From Bacteroidota bacterium (GTDB taxonomy: Bacteria; Bacteroidota; Ignavibacteria; UBA10030; SZUA-254), in NCBI GenBank assembly GCA_035524335.1, contig DATKPE010000055.1, forward strand, positions 1,759 to 65,758: a DNA stretch of 64,000 nt, read 5' to 3'. The first letter of the stretch is position 1; each line of letters opens with the position of its first letter. The notes beneath the pieces are model-generated. The model worked only from the letters and a program-made list of their open reading frames with translations. It did no database searches and was not told the origin of the DNA. The position numbers and the translations under genes were made by a program. Positions 29,201-37,326 of this stretch are shown piece by piece.

Positions 29201-31470
29201 TGGCCGGCTGGAAGACCATCCATGTGACGGAAGACGGGGCAAGCGCGGCTCTGCAGGACACCTTCCACATCACCATTGCCGGGGGAGATGTTCACAGAGT
29301 AGATTTCATCAACTCTTCGACCCGCAGACTGAAGACCTGGGCGGCCGGATCGGACGCAAGATGGGAAAACCGCCTGAACTGGTCACCCGCGGTTCTCCCG
29401 ACGGCTTCCGACAGCATCCTGATTTCCGGTGCGATCCCATGGAGAGTCCCGCGCCTGCCCGTACATTCCTCATTTGCGACGATAACGATCGGGCCTGGAG
29501 CCGGACTGCTCCTGCCGACATCGGATACCGTGGTTATCAACGGCACATGTGAAAACGACGGGACGATCTTCTCCGACGCAGGTACGGGACCGGTTGCCGT
29601 CATCAACGGCGATCTGCGCGGATCCGGTGCGATCAGTCCGGGAAATTCAACCATCGCCGTCACGAGCGGTTCTCCCCGATCGGTCATGGGCGGGACGTAT
29701 GCCATGCTCCGGATCGGGGGAGCTCCGGTATCCATCTCCGGATCGCGCGCGCCGCTCGGAACGCTCAACCGACTCCTCGGCAACTGCACGATCGGCACGG
29801 GGCTGAGTACGCCGGACAACCTGGATGCCGGCGGGGACACGATCACGATTGTATCCGATTCTCCGGGTGCACTGCAGGGGGCGGGAATTATTCAGGGCGG
29901 GACGCTGGTCCGTTCGCTCCACTCCGGTCAGACGGCTCCCTACCGCCTGTGGGATGACAGCACCTCCATCGCATTCCTTCCGCCCGGCGGCACTCCTTCG
30001 TATCTGACCGCCTCGGCGATTGCCAATGTCACCCCCGCGGTCTACGGCATGACGTGGGACAGTCTTGGCGGCGTGATCGACACCGTGGACCAGACCATCA
30101 CAACATCCGGCCTGGCATTTCTGTCCTCGGCAACTCCCATTGCGATCGGCATGAATCAGGGCGGGGTCTGGACTCCGGTCCTGCGCCGCGTGTTCCTCTT
30201 CGAGGCGACGCCCGAGAGCGGGTACACCGCTACCCTGAAGATCCGCTACTTCGCGGCGGATGTTCCCGCGGGAGTCGTACAGTCGTCGCTTTCCCTCCTC
30301 CGACTTCGTCTCGTCCGGATGCAGTGTGACGATTCCCTCTGCGCCGGATGGAACATGGTGTCATTGCCGTTCATCTGCTCAGACTATCACACCGCGGTGC
30401 TCTTCCCGGAACTGGCCGGAAGCGCATTCAGTTACCAGCCCGGGAACGGATATGTGACGGCGTCGTTCATGACTCCCGGTACGGGGTACTGGGTGAAATT
30501 TCCGAGATCCCTGAGGCATCATTATGACGGCCTCCAGCGTCTCCGCGATTCGGTCGTTGTGACCGCAGGATGGAACCTGATCGGCACGACGAGCTACCCG
30601 ATCGCCGCTGCGGATATCGTGACATCGCCGGCGGGACTTATCCAGGGCCAGATTTTCGGATTGAGCGCCGGATACGCCGGGGTCGACACCCTCTACCCGG
30701 GAAAGGCATACTGGGTCAATGCTTCCGCGTCCGGCGTGCTCTCCCTGGCGCCGGCCTCGTCGTCAACCCGGAAGGCGGCAGTGCGGCGGGAAAACCGGTT
30801 CACCAATCTGCTCCGTATCCGGGATGCGGCGGGACGGGAACGGACGCTTCTGTTCGGTTCGGACTCCCGGCAGAAGACCGGAGAATTCGGACTGCCGCCG
30901 GCGCCGCCGGACGGCGTGTTTGATGTCCGGTTCGAGACGAACTGTTCTGCGGTCGTATTCCCGCCCGCCGCTGGATCCCGGACAGAGGAAGGAATCCGGA
31001 TGCAGGGCATGATCTATCCGGTGACGGTAACGTGGCAGTTGAGCGGGTCCGATCTCCGCTCCTATGCCATCGGCGTGAAGGGCGGATCGCCGGAACAGGA
31101 GCTGACGCTGAAACAGACCGGAAGTCTGCGTCTCGAGAACGGGGATATGGGACAGCTGGCTCTCATTGCCCTGAAGGAGAAACCCGTTCCGTCGTCGTTT
31201 GCATTGAAGCAGTCCTATCCGAATCCGTTCAATCCGACGACGCGGATCGAATTCGATCTGCCGGATGCATCGGATGTGACTCTCGTGGTGTACGACATTC
31301 TGGGACGGGAGGTCGCAACTCTGCTCCGGAACGTCAGATATGCCGCGGGGACGCAGCGCGCGACATTCAACGGAGCGGGGTATCCGAGCGGCATTTACTT
31401 CTACCGCCTGACCGCACGATCCGCGAAAGCGACGTTCCAGGATGTGAGGAAGATGATGCTGATCAAGTAG
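23293..31470 (+). CDS. giant secreted T9SS cargo protein (2725 aa from the MKCLF start; 2739-aa frame in the ORF track): 47-aa N-terminal repeats, 12 SdrD-B/CnaB-like repeats, beta-rich region, conserved pre-CTD modules, T9SS C-terminal sorting domain
   Basis: Signal peptide 'MKCLFSFRHLSLLISLLICIGAPAQG'. C-terminus 'KQSYPNPFNPTTRIEFDLPDASDVTLVVYDILGREVATLL...GIYFYRL' is a Por/T9SS type-A CTD. Internal repeats are listed separately. Confidence 0.85.
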   Translation: MKCLFSFRHLSLLISLLICIGAPAQGQWSRNPAVNTPVSTARANQTGPVIVSDGASGAIITWQDTRDSATRGIDLYAQRLNSRGIGQWTANGIVISRSTGNQTAQNAVPDGRGGYIVVWQDTRNGNSDIYAQHIGSDSTKLWTGNGTPICTEAHEQTLPVIAPDNLGGAFIVWQDYRNGNADLYAQHINSGGTLLWATDGVPVVTAANDQILPSLISDGNSGAIVAWQDLRNGLDFDIYAQDIQSSGTPAWTANGVPVAVAANHQRNPVLTSDGSNGAFICWEDYRNDIPNVYIQRINSSGSVQLTANGIPLSASAYSETQPRIIADGLGGAIAVWTDLRDGDADIFAQRVNSSGAPQWAVGGLAICSATGVQKNPVIVTDAYNGVIVAWEDYRSGGADVYAQRVLSNGSFLWAINGVGIATDPSAQTVPAIVDNGAHGAILSWQDARNSATLGSDIYAQLVNDIGTLGGYSIHGVFFNDLNQNGVHDSTEPYVAGWIINLTGPTVKIDTTDATGAYSFDGLATGIYTLQPQIKTGWIQTSVTDSIVNLSIGGDSIRNYGVFRLGSISGMAFKDKNHDGVYQTGEKGDANRVIHLSGAATMQSTTDVNGLFSFVGLQTGTYYLAEDTVAGYLSTTIPPVDTVTIDSAGQAKSGYYFGCFQLGKVSGTVYNDLTGDSAIVVNSKYDSTVSGWEVKLYRGGVLAADTLTNTSGGYLFANLDTGKYVVRENLQTGWFQTYPKPPGDTLFANGERGYRVGIDSGGISVTTRDFGNFRSGMISGLVFNDVLDDSSAAGDPGLAGWCVKLYSGGVLVAQQYTDNNGVYRFANIVGGNYTLEESLATQYSETYPALDTSIHQYGPGAGPRGYKIVIANGKSVTANFGNFRFGTIRGRVLLDVANDSMVIGDPPVPGWLVRLSRGSQSKVVATDADGAYSFTVDAGHYVVEESVMVSSGQTYPRVNFPNVAVYAHNKRVYTIAVDTSGETDDAVDFGITTGYIGGVVFNDQNGDGVREDSEPGLAGVPVFLGGKKTDIAMTDATGKYFFVGLDAGTYYVSDSIPAGWTKTYPPGSPDYIVQITGQTTYQPGFNFGHFMQGSIGGTVYFDRDSNAVRDPRDPGLSGWYVTVGGRRTDTIMTDGSGHYLFSNLTEGVYWLKLLPKPGWKQTSPHDSTFVTISSGVDVPTIDFGVTGVGRISGMVYNDLDRNAAKGAAEPGIAGWPVVIQTGGRIDTVNSDAGGNFMLTRLGPGDYTIQAAAPPGWLMTYPAAAVYSVTLPASGTSQGNDYGEFALGQIGGTVFSDDNASGTFDSLEHGIPGVRILLTGARIDSVLTGSDGSFTFMNLDTGSYVVQERNIPFVVRSVPKTGNSYTDAITAGGQVKKGRNFGHFQSDMVSGGVFNDLRADAVKDSSDPPLNGWRVHLHRTDIAAVDSVIITGMDGVFQFTGVPAGRYVLATETPAGWYQTLPAGPDTITLATPGQQVTGKYLGYYFTLFSGKVFNDFNGDGVNDPGEPGRGGLHLFLVKNGTVIDSTQSDSAGGYSFRSRGPGTYIITQAAEQSWLQTATPAAIVLTQPSGSTFANLNFGDFQRITISGVAFEDLNRNGILDGSETGLIQCVITLKKNGTVFAVDTTLADGSYSFSNLGPGNYTFAQQIRTGYLKSAPVAPDTFSVAGMSGTSVAGKNFGNYLNTYRSITARILSDADGKFSTADDRTIRSWWIGLSRAGVLLKSVTNGWLDTANLPAGTYVVQIADSSGGAWSVLGEHRTIHRLSLADSVIQRTGSVLSDTVILGTNDSHLLDFVSVKYSQIVVRAFADADGDTATTGDQNGLIRGLEVYAKYVAPANLTGSRSDSAYAAVNLGSGAFVLRQLPLAGWQTIRTRVNGISRGTAYDTVSVALTPGMRDTVDFFSTPTGTIIARCLSDDDGDTLTVSDEAFAKWGFAIYKNVISASTRVDTAVAESLSAVHLAGSYILRQTHVAGWKTIHVTEDGASAALQDTFHITIAGGDVHRVDFINSSTRRLKTWAAGSDARWENRLNWSPAVLPTASDSILISGAIPWRVPRLPVHSSFATITIGPGAGLLLPTSDTVVINGTCENDGTIFSDAGTGPVAVINGDLRGSGAISPGNSTIAVTSGSPRSVMGGTYAMLRIGGAPVSISGSRAPLGTLNRLLGNCTIGTGLSTPDNLDAGGDTITIVSDSPGALQGAGIIQGGTLVRSLHSGQTAPYRLWDDSTSIAFLPPGGTPSYLTASAIANVTPAVYGMTWDSLGGVIDTVDQTITTSGLAFLSSATPIAIGMNQGGVWTPVLRRVFLFEATPESGYTATLKIRYFAADVPAGVVQSSLSLLRLRLVRMQCDDSLCAGWNMVSLPFICSDYHTAVLFPELAGSAFSYQPGNGYVTASFMTPGTGYWVKFPRSLRHHYDGLQRLRDSVVVTAGWNLIGTTSYPIAAADIVTSPAGLIQGQIFGLSAGYAGVDTLYPGKAYWVNASASGVLSLAPASSSTRKAAVRRENRFTNLLRIRDAAGRERTLLFGSDSRQKTGEFGLPPAPPDGVFDVRFETNCSAVVFPPAAGSRTEEGIRMQGMIYPVTVTWQLSGSDLRSYAIGVKGGSPEQELTLKQTGSLRLENGDMGQLALIALKEKPVPSSFALKQSYPNPFNPTTRIEFDLPDASDVTLVVYDILGREVATLLRNVRYAAGTQRATFNGAGYPSGIYFYRLTARSAKATFQDVRKMMLIK
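23428..24705 (+). repeat. 9 tandem ~47-aa protein repeats (consensus ~ P.I..DG.GGAII.WQD.RNG..DIYAQ.INS.G...W..NGV.I)
   Basis: Read directly from the translation: 'WQDTRDSATRGIDLYAQ', 'WQDTRNGNSDIYAQ', 'WQDYRNGNADLYAQ', 'WQDLRNGLDFDIYAQ', 'WEDYRNDIPNVYIQ', 'WTDLRDGDADIFAQ', 'WEDYRSGGADVYAQ', 'WQDARNSATLGSDIYAQ' and the first copy. No family recognised. Confidence 0.7.
24715..28300 (+). repeat. 12 tandem ~100-aa SdrD-B / Cna-B-type (carboxypeptidase-regulatory-like) domain repeats
   Basis: Recurrent 'G.VFNDLN.NG..D..EPG..GW.V.L...G....T.TD..G.Y.F..L..G.Y'. Examples: 'GVFFNDLNQNG', 'GVVFNDQNGDG', 'GKVFNDFNGDG', 'GVAFEDLNRNG'. Confidence 0.7.
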
Positions 31471-31496
31471 CGGTTCCCCGCGTTGGTGCTGAAACA

Positions 31497-31530
31497 GAAA
31501 ACCCCGGCGGATCTGAGCCGGGGTTTTTTA
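31497..31530 (+). terminator. rho-independent terminator after giant gene
   Basis: 'aaaaCCCCGGCggatctgaGCCGGGGtttttt'. 7-bp GC stem plus T6 tract, 27 nt after the stop. Confidence 0.8.
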
Positions 31531-31989
31531 TGTCTGATCAGAGCGGCCGCATCGATCAGAATAAAAATACAACGTCCCCCTCCAAGTTGTGTAACGCTGG
31601 GGAGGCGCAGCATTAACACGTGGGTCTCAGAGGAGGACGGATCAGTATACAGATTTCGTTCGGGAAAAACAACGGAATTTATCTCCGCGGGAATTTTTTT
31701 TTCGTTTTTTTTCCGGAGAAATAAAAACTTTATCGCAAATCTTCACGAGAGAAAAACGGGTACTTTATCGAAACAAAGTGCGGGGCAATCCGACCAATTA
31801 GTGCGATTTCCCTGTGACCGGAACCGGCAGGATATTATTTCCGAAAAAAATCATATATTGGACATTATCCGAATCGGATTGTTTCCGCAGCGCCGGCGCA
31901 ATCATCTGAAACAAAAAAAGTTACGAAAATCTAAAAACGATCATGTTCCGGATGTGACTCTCACGAACCGATTTTCGTTTCTCTGCCTG

Positions 31990-33261
31990 ATGCTCCTCTC
32001 TGTGATCTGTACTTCGACTCTGAGCTCACGGCAGGTTCTGACGCTCGACGATTGCCTGCGCATCGCGCGCCGGTACAGCCTTGCGCTCCGGCATAACGCG
32101 AACGGCGTCCGTCTCGGCGGTCTTCAGCTTTCGGAACTGAACAAATCGGCGCTCCCGTCGGTCAGCGTACAGGGTAAAGCGGAACATGCGCCCGATGCCG
32201 GCGGCAAAGGGTACGATCCCGCCATTACCGACGGCGGGCAATACTCCGCGCAGATTGTCGTCCAGGATCAGCTCTATGACGGCGGAGCGCGGGGGATCCG
32301 CTCCGATCAGATCGCACTCGATCTCCGGCGGCTTACCGTTGAGCAACAGCAGGCCGAACGCGGGCTCGACTATGCCGTCACCGTCGCCTACGTCGATGCG
32401 CTCGAGGGACGGGACGCGGAACTTCTCGCGCGGCACCGCGCCGACGAGCTTGCCAGATACCGCGAGCTGAGCGAGCGTCTTTTTCGCGGCGGCGGCGTGG
32501 ATTATACGGACGTGCTCAAGATTCGGGTGAGTGAAGAGCAGACCGCGATCGCCGTACAGAAAGCTTCCGAAAACGCCCGGCTGAAACGGATTACGCTGGC
32601 GGAAACAATTGGAACTCCTGCGGACACCGCATTCTCCCTCGCCGGTGACATCGGTGAAACGGATTCGGTCAATGTCGATTCCCTCCTGAACGCCGTTGCC
32701 GTCGACTCCTCGCATATCCTTGAACTCCGCCTCGCCGATGCCGATATCCGCCGGAGCCTGCTCGATGTCGATCTCGCGAAACGCGAGCGGTATCCGTCGG
32801 TGACGCTGAACGGCGACGTCGGATTTCTCACGTCGGGCGACAACCTCCGGCTGGCACCCGACCAGCGCCTGAACGCCTTCGGCTACTCGATCGGTGTGAC
32901 GGTGGAAAACCTTCTGTTCAACTGGGGGTCGACCGATCTTCGAATAGAGCAGAGGGAGGTGGCGGCGGAGGAGGAGCGGGTGGGGTACGAGGAGAAGCGC
33001 CGCGGCATTGTCGGCGAACTCGAACGGATCCGTTATCAGGTGGCCAGCGCGGTCGTCCAGCTCCATTCTCTCCGGACTACCGCCGGGCTTGCGGAGGATT
33101 CGTATGTTCTGACGAAAGCGCGCTACGCCGGAGGCGGAGTCAGCGCGCTGGAGGTTCTTGCCGCCGAGGAATCGCTGGCGGAAATCCGCAGTTCACAGCT
33201 GGAAACGCGTGCAGAGCTTCAGAGACTGGTCGCAAAGGTCAGATTATGGCTGCCACAATAA
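31990..33261 (+). CDS. outer membrane efflux protein (TolC/OMF family; CzcC-like position)
   Basis: Start re-set to ATG 31990 ('MLLSVICTSTLSS...', 424 aa). The 592-aa track ORF runs through an upstream terminator and AT-rich intergenic DNA. Two OEP repeats with 'LTLDDCLRIARRYSLAL' and 'ALEVLAAEESLAE' features. Confidence 0.7.
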   Translation: MLLSVICTSTLSSRQVLTLDDCLRIARRYSLALRHNANGVRLGGLQLSELNKSALPSVSVQGKAEHAPDAGGKGYDPAITDGGQYSAQIVVQDQLYDGGARGIRSDQIALDLRRLTVEQQQAERGLDYAVTVAYVDALEGRDAELLARHRADELARYRELSERLFRGGGVDYTDVLKIRVSEEQTAIAVQKASENARLKRITLAETIGTPADTAFSLAGDIGETDSVNVDSLLNAVAVDSSHILELRLADADIRRSLLDVDLAKRERYPSVTLNGDVGFLTSGDNLRLAPDQRLNAFGYSIGVTVENLLFNWGSTDLRIEQREVAAEEERVGYEEKRRGIVGELERIRYQVASAVVQLHSLRTTAGLAEDSYVLTKARYAGGGVSALEVLAAEESLAEIRSSQLETRAELQRLVAKVRLWLPQ

Positions 33262-33278
33262 GCCCCGGAAGAACATTC

Positions 33279-34277
33279 ATGGATCATCGGATAATCATTC
33301 TCGTGCTGGCGGGGATACTCCTTCTCTCTGGCTGTGGAAAGAAGACGGAGGATAATGACGATACGGCCGGAGGGCCGGCCCGGGTTCCGGTACGGGTGGG
33401 AGCGGTGCGGGCGGGGTCCATCGAATCGGCGGTCACGGCGCCGGGGTCGACCGACGCACTTCGCAAGGAGCGGATCGTCGCTCCGGTCGCTGCGCGGGTC
33501 GAGACCCTCTACGCGCTCGAGGGAGCTTCCGTCAGGAAAGGAGAGGTTCTTGCGCTCCTGAGACCGAGGGAGGCGCATACCGCAATGGAGGGGGCGAAAT
33601 CCCTTCTCCGTACGGCGGTCACTGAGTCTGAGAAGAGAGAGGCGGAACGCGCGCTTGCCCTGACCGATTCGCTCCAGCCGGCGGTGACCGTGCGGGCGGG
33701 ATTCGACGGTGTGGTCGCAACCCGATCGGTGAGCGAGGGAGAACTTGTCGCCGAACAGGCGGAACTGTTCACGCTCATCGATCCCGCCACAATCATTTTT
33801 GTCGCAGATGTTCCCGTCGGCGCCACGGGGGAAATTGCCGTCCATGCGCCCGCACGCGTGCGTCTGACGCATCTTCCGCTCCGGGCTCTGGAAGCGACCG
33901 TCGATGCGCTGAATCCCCAGGCTGACGCGCAGAGTCAGACCGTCCGGGTGCGTCTCAGTTTCCACGCCCTTGCGCCGCAGGAGACAAAACTGCTCCGGAC
34001 CAATCTGGCCGGAGAAGCGCAGATCATTACCGGCACGCACCGGAACGCCATTCTTGTCGACCGGGCGGCCGTTCTCCATGATGATGAATCGGATGCCTGG
34101 TCGCTGGCGCTTCTGACTCCCGATTCGCTCGCACATATCGTTCCGGTCCGCATCGGGATCCAGAATGATTCCGTTGCGGAGGTTCTGGGGGGGGGAATTC
34201 ATCCCGGGGAGAGGATCATCCTGCGCGGTCAGTATGCTCTGAACGACTCCACCCGGGTGACGGTCGAAGCGCCATGA
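33279..34277 (+). CDS. efflux RND periplasmic adaptor (membrane fusion protein, HlyD family) lipoprotein
   Basis: Lipobox 'MDHRIIILVLAGILLLSGC'. 'VGAVRAGSIESAVTAPGSTDALRKERIVAPVAARVETLYALEGASVRKGEVLALL' is the biotinyl/lipoyl-like hairpin of MFPs. Confidence 0.75.
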   Translation: MDHRIIILVLAGILLLSGCGKKTEDNDDTAGGPARVPVRVGAVRAGSIESAVTAPGSTDALRKERIVAPVAARVETLYALEGASVRKGEVLALLRPREAHTAMEGAKSLLRTAVTESEKREAERALALTDSLQPAVTVRAGFDGVVATRSVSEGELVAEQAELFTLIDPATIIFVADVPVGATGEIAVHAPARVRLTHLPLRALEATVDALNPQADAQSQTVRVRLSFHALAPQETKLLRTNLAGEAQIITGTHRNAILVDRAAVLHDDESDAWSLALLTPDSLAHIVPVRIGIQNDSVAEVLGGGIHPGERIILRGQYALNDSTRVTVEAP

Positions 34278-37200
34278 ATTTTTTCCTCTACTGTCACCGG
34301 CATCGCAAAGCGCTTTTTTTCACCATTGCCGTCCTCGCAGCGGCCGGGGTGGCCATGCTTCTGCACCTGCCGGTGTCGCTCTTCCCCGACATCACATTTC
34401 CGCGCATCGTCATTCTTGCCGATAACGGCAGTGAACCGTCGGAGAGGATGATGGTGGAAGTCACAAAGCCGCTGGAGGAGGTGGCGACGGCGGTGCCGGG
34501 AGTCAGGTACGTCCGCTCCACCACGTCGCGGGGGTCGTCGGAAATTTCGATCGGGCTCGACTGGGGAACCGATGTCCAGCAGACGCTCGGCCTGCTCCAG
34601 GGGCGTATCGCGAACATCAGGAACGAGCTTCCGGCAACCGCCTCCATTGAAGCCGAGCAGATGACCGTCGCGGTATTTCCGATCACCGGGTACAGCCTCA
34701 CCTCGGATTCGCTCTCGCTGGTTCAGCTCCGCGATATTGCGCTTTATCAGATACGGCCTGCGCTTCTCCGCGTTCCGGGAGTGGCCCGCATAGAGGTCAC
34801 CGGCGGCGAATCGAGGGAGTTTCTGGTCAGGGTCGACCCGGATAAGCTCGCCGCATACCGTCTCACCGTCGGTCAGGTGTCCGATGCGATCGAACGGACG
34901 AACTTCGTCGCATCGACCGGTCTGCTGGGGGAACGCTACCGCCTTTACCTCTCGCTCGTTTCCGGGCTTCTCAAAACGATCGATGATGTCTCCTCGATTG
35001 TCGTCACGGTGCACGACGGGATCCCGGTCTATGTCCGGGACGTCGCCGCCGTGGAACCCTCCGTCGCCGACACCTACATTCTGACCACCGCACACGGTCA
35101 CAGCGCGGTTCTGATCAACGTCCTGAAACAGCCGACCGGCAGTACGGTGCGGATCGGGGGCGACATATCGGCGGTGATCGGCCGGCTTGCGCTCCCCGCC
35201 GGCGTTCATTTTGAAAACTTTTACGATCAGGGGGATTTCATCCGGTCTTCCATCGCGGGCGTCCGCGACAGCATGATCATCGGCATCGTGCTTGCGATGA
35301 TCATTGTGTTTGTCTTTCTCCGGAGCTGGCGGCTGACCCTTGTTGTCCTGCTGATCGTTCCGACCACGATTGCGGTCACCTTCCTCTGCCTTGGCGCTCT
35401 CGGAAAAACCATCAATATCATGACGCTGGGGGGAATTGCCGCCGCGGTCGGGCTGATCATCGACGATTCGATCGTGATCATCGAGTATGTGTTCACCAGA
35501 TTTGCCGCTCTCGACCAGCCCGCACGGACCCCCATGGGCTATCTCCGGACCGCCGGCGAGGCCATCCGCTCGCTCATGCCGGCGGTGATCGGATCGACGG
35601 CAAGCACGATCGTCATCCATATTCCGCTGGCTTTTCTGGGAGGGGTGACGGGCGCGTTTTTTGCCTCGCTCTCCGTCACGATGGTCTGCGCGCTGACACT
35701 CTCGTTCCTCTTCTCGATCACGGTGGCGCCGCTTCTCGCAACTTCGCTTCTGAGGCAGAAGGAAGTCGACCGGGAAATCGAGCATGAACACCGGGAGTCG
35801 GCGTTCGGAAGGATGTACAGCAGGATGTTCGACGCGCTGGTGCGGTACCGGGGCTTCGCACTGCCGGCGGCCGTCGTTCTCCTGGCCGGCGTGGTCGTCC
35901 TGTTCTTCCAGCTCGGTTCGGGTTTCATGCCGGAGATGGACGAGGGAACGTTCGTTCTCGATTACATCACACCGCCCGGTACATCGCTCGCAGAAACCAA
36001 CCGGATGCTCGGGGAGGTGGAAAAAATCCTCATGGATGAGCCTGAAGTCGACGCCTACTCGCGCCGTACCGGCACCCAGCTCGGATTTTTCATCACCGAA
36101 CCGAACGTCGGAGACTATACCGTCAGGCTGAAGTCCCGCCGCTCGCGGTCGATCGGGGAGGTTATCAGCGATGTGCGGGAACGGATTCACACGACGGAAC
36201 CGGCGATCCAGGTCGATTTCGGTCAGCTGATGATGGACGTGATCGGGGATCTGACGAATTCGCCGTCGCCGATCGAAATCAAGGTTTTCGGAGAGGACGG
36301 AGAACAGCTGAAAAAGACCGCGAAGGAAATTAAATCGGTGATCGATTCCATTCCGGGGGTGACCGACGCCTTCGACGGTATCGTGATCTCCGGCCCGTCG
36401 CTGATCCTTCATGTCGATCCGCGGAAAGCGGCCCTCGCCGGTTTCTCGGCACGGGATATCGAGGATCAGATCTCCGCCATGATGGAAGGGCGCGTCGAGA
36501 CGAAGATTCAAAAGGGGGAAAAGCTGATCGGCGTGCATGTCCGCTATCCTGACGCCTACCGGCACGACATCAACGCGGTGCAGAACCTGAAGCTGGTCAG
36601 CCCCGCCGGCGCGCTCGTACCGCTGAGTACCGTCGCATCGGTTGAGCGGCTTGCCGGGGAGGCGGAAATCAGCCGGGATCAGCTCCAGCGGCTGGTGGCG
36701 GTGACGGGGCGGACCGAAGGGAGGGATCTCGGGAGCGTCATGGCCGACATCAGGAGAGCGCTGAAGGCGAACGTCCGTCTTCCCGCAGGTGTGACGGTCG
36801 ATTTCGGGGGCGTGTACCAGACCCAGCAGGAATCGTTCACCGGACTCGTGCTTGTTGCGCTGGCCGCTCTGCTCCTCGTCGTCATTGTCCTGCTTTTCGA
36901 ATTCGGCGAATTTGCCGTACCCGCATCGATATTTGTGGTGAACGCGCTCTCCCTCGGCGGAGTGTTCGGCGCGCTCCTTCTGACGGATGTCACCATCAAT
37001 GTTTCCAGCCTGGTCGGTATCATCCTGATCATCGGCATTGTCGCCGAGAATGCGATCTTCGTTTTCCACCGGATGAATGAACACATCGCGCAGGGAACTC
37101 CCCGGGAGGAGGCAATGAAACAGGCGCTCATCTCCCGCGGCCGGCCGATCATCATGACGACGCTCGCCGCCGTGCTGGCGCTTCTTCCCCTTGCAGTCGG

Positions 37201-37324
37201 CATCGGCGCCGGCGCGCAGATGCAGAGGCCGCTGGCGATTGCCGTCATCGGCGGATTCTCCGTCTCCAGCTTACTTCTGTTTCTCGCCCTCCCGCCTGTG
37301 TACCGGCTTCTGAAACGTCAGTGA
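34274..37324 (+). CDS. efflux RND transporter permease (AcrB/CusA/CzcA superfamily)
   Basis: 1016 aa, 12-TM RND architecture. 'GGIAAAVGLIIDDSIVIIEYV' is the TM4 proton-relay motif. ATGA overlap with the MFP stop. HME versus HAE subfamily not decidable by eye. Confidence 0.85.
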   Translation: MNFFLYCHRHRKALFFTIAVLAAAGVAMLLHLPVSLFPDITFPRIVILADNGSEPSERMMVEVTKPLEEVATAVPGVRYVRSTTSRGSSEISIGLDWGTDVQQTLGLLQGRIANIRNELPATASIEAEQMTVAVFPITGYSLTSDSLSLVQLRDIALYQIRPALLRVPGVARIEVTGGESREFLVRVDPDKLAAYRLTVGQVSDAIERTNFVASTGLLGERYRLYLSLVSGLLKTIDDVSSIVVTVHDGIPVYVRDVAAVEPSVADTYILTTAHGHSAVLINVLKQPTGSTVRIGGDISAVIGRLALPAGVHFENFYDQGDFIRSSIAGVRDSMIIGIVLAMIIVFVFLRSWRLTLVVLLIVPTTIAVTFLCLGALGKTINIMTLGGIAAAVGLIIDDSIVIIEYVFTRFAALDQPARTPMGYLRTAGEAIRSLMPAVIGSTASTIVIHIPLAFLGGVTGAFFASLSVTMVCALTLSFLFSITVAPLLATSLLRQKEVDREIEHEHRESAFGRMYSRMFDALVRYRGFALPAAVVLLAGVVVLFFQLGSGFMPEMDEGTFVLDYITPPGTSLAETNRMLGEVEKILMDEPEVDAYSRRTGTQLGFFITEPNVGDYTVRLKSRRSRSIGEVISDVRERIHTTEPAIQVDFGQLMMDVIGDLTNSPSPIEIKVFGEDGEQLKKTAKEIKSVIDSIPGVTDAFDGIVISGPSLILHVDPRKAALAGFSARDIEDQISAMMEGRVETKIQKGEKLIGVHVRYPDAYRHDINAVQNLKLVSPAGALVPLSTVASVERLAGEAEISRDQLQRLVAVTGRTEGRDLGSVMADIRRALKANVRLPAGVTVDFGGVYQTQQESFTGLVLVALAALLLVVIVLLFEFGEFAVPASIFVVNALSLGGVFGALLLTDVTINVSSLVGIILIIGIVAENAIFVFHRMNEHIAQGTPREEAMKQALISRGRPIIMTTLAAVLALLPLAVGIGAGAQMQRPLAIAVIGGFSVSSLLLFLALPPVYRLLKRQ

Positions 37325-37326
37325 CC

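Noticed and set aside
31483-31989. N-terminal 169 codons of the 592-aa ORF preceding the TolC-like gene
   Set aside because: The reading frame runs through the giant gene's intrinsic terminator and a 400-nt AT-rich, homopolymer-containing intergenic region. The TolC-like protein is of normal length from ATG 31990.
34229-37084. 951-aa minus-strand ORF opposite the RND permease
   Set aside because: The + strand frame has unmistakable AcrB/CzcA-family architecture. The antisense translation is Arg/Asp/His-rich nonsense.
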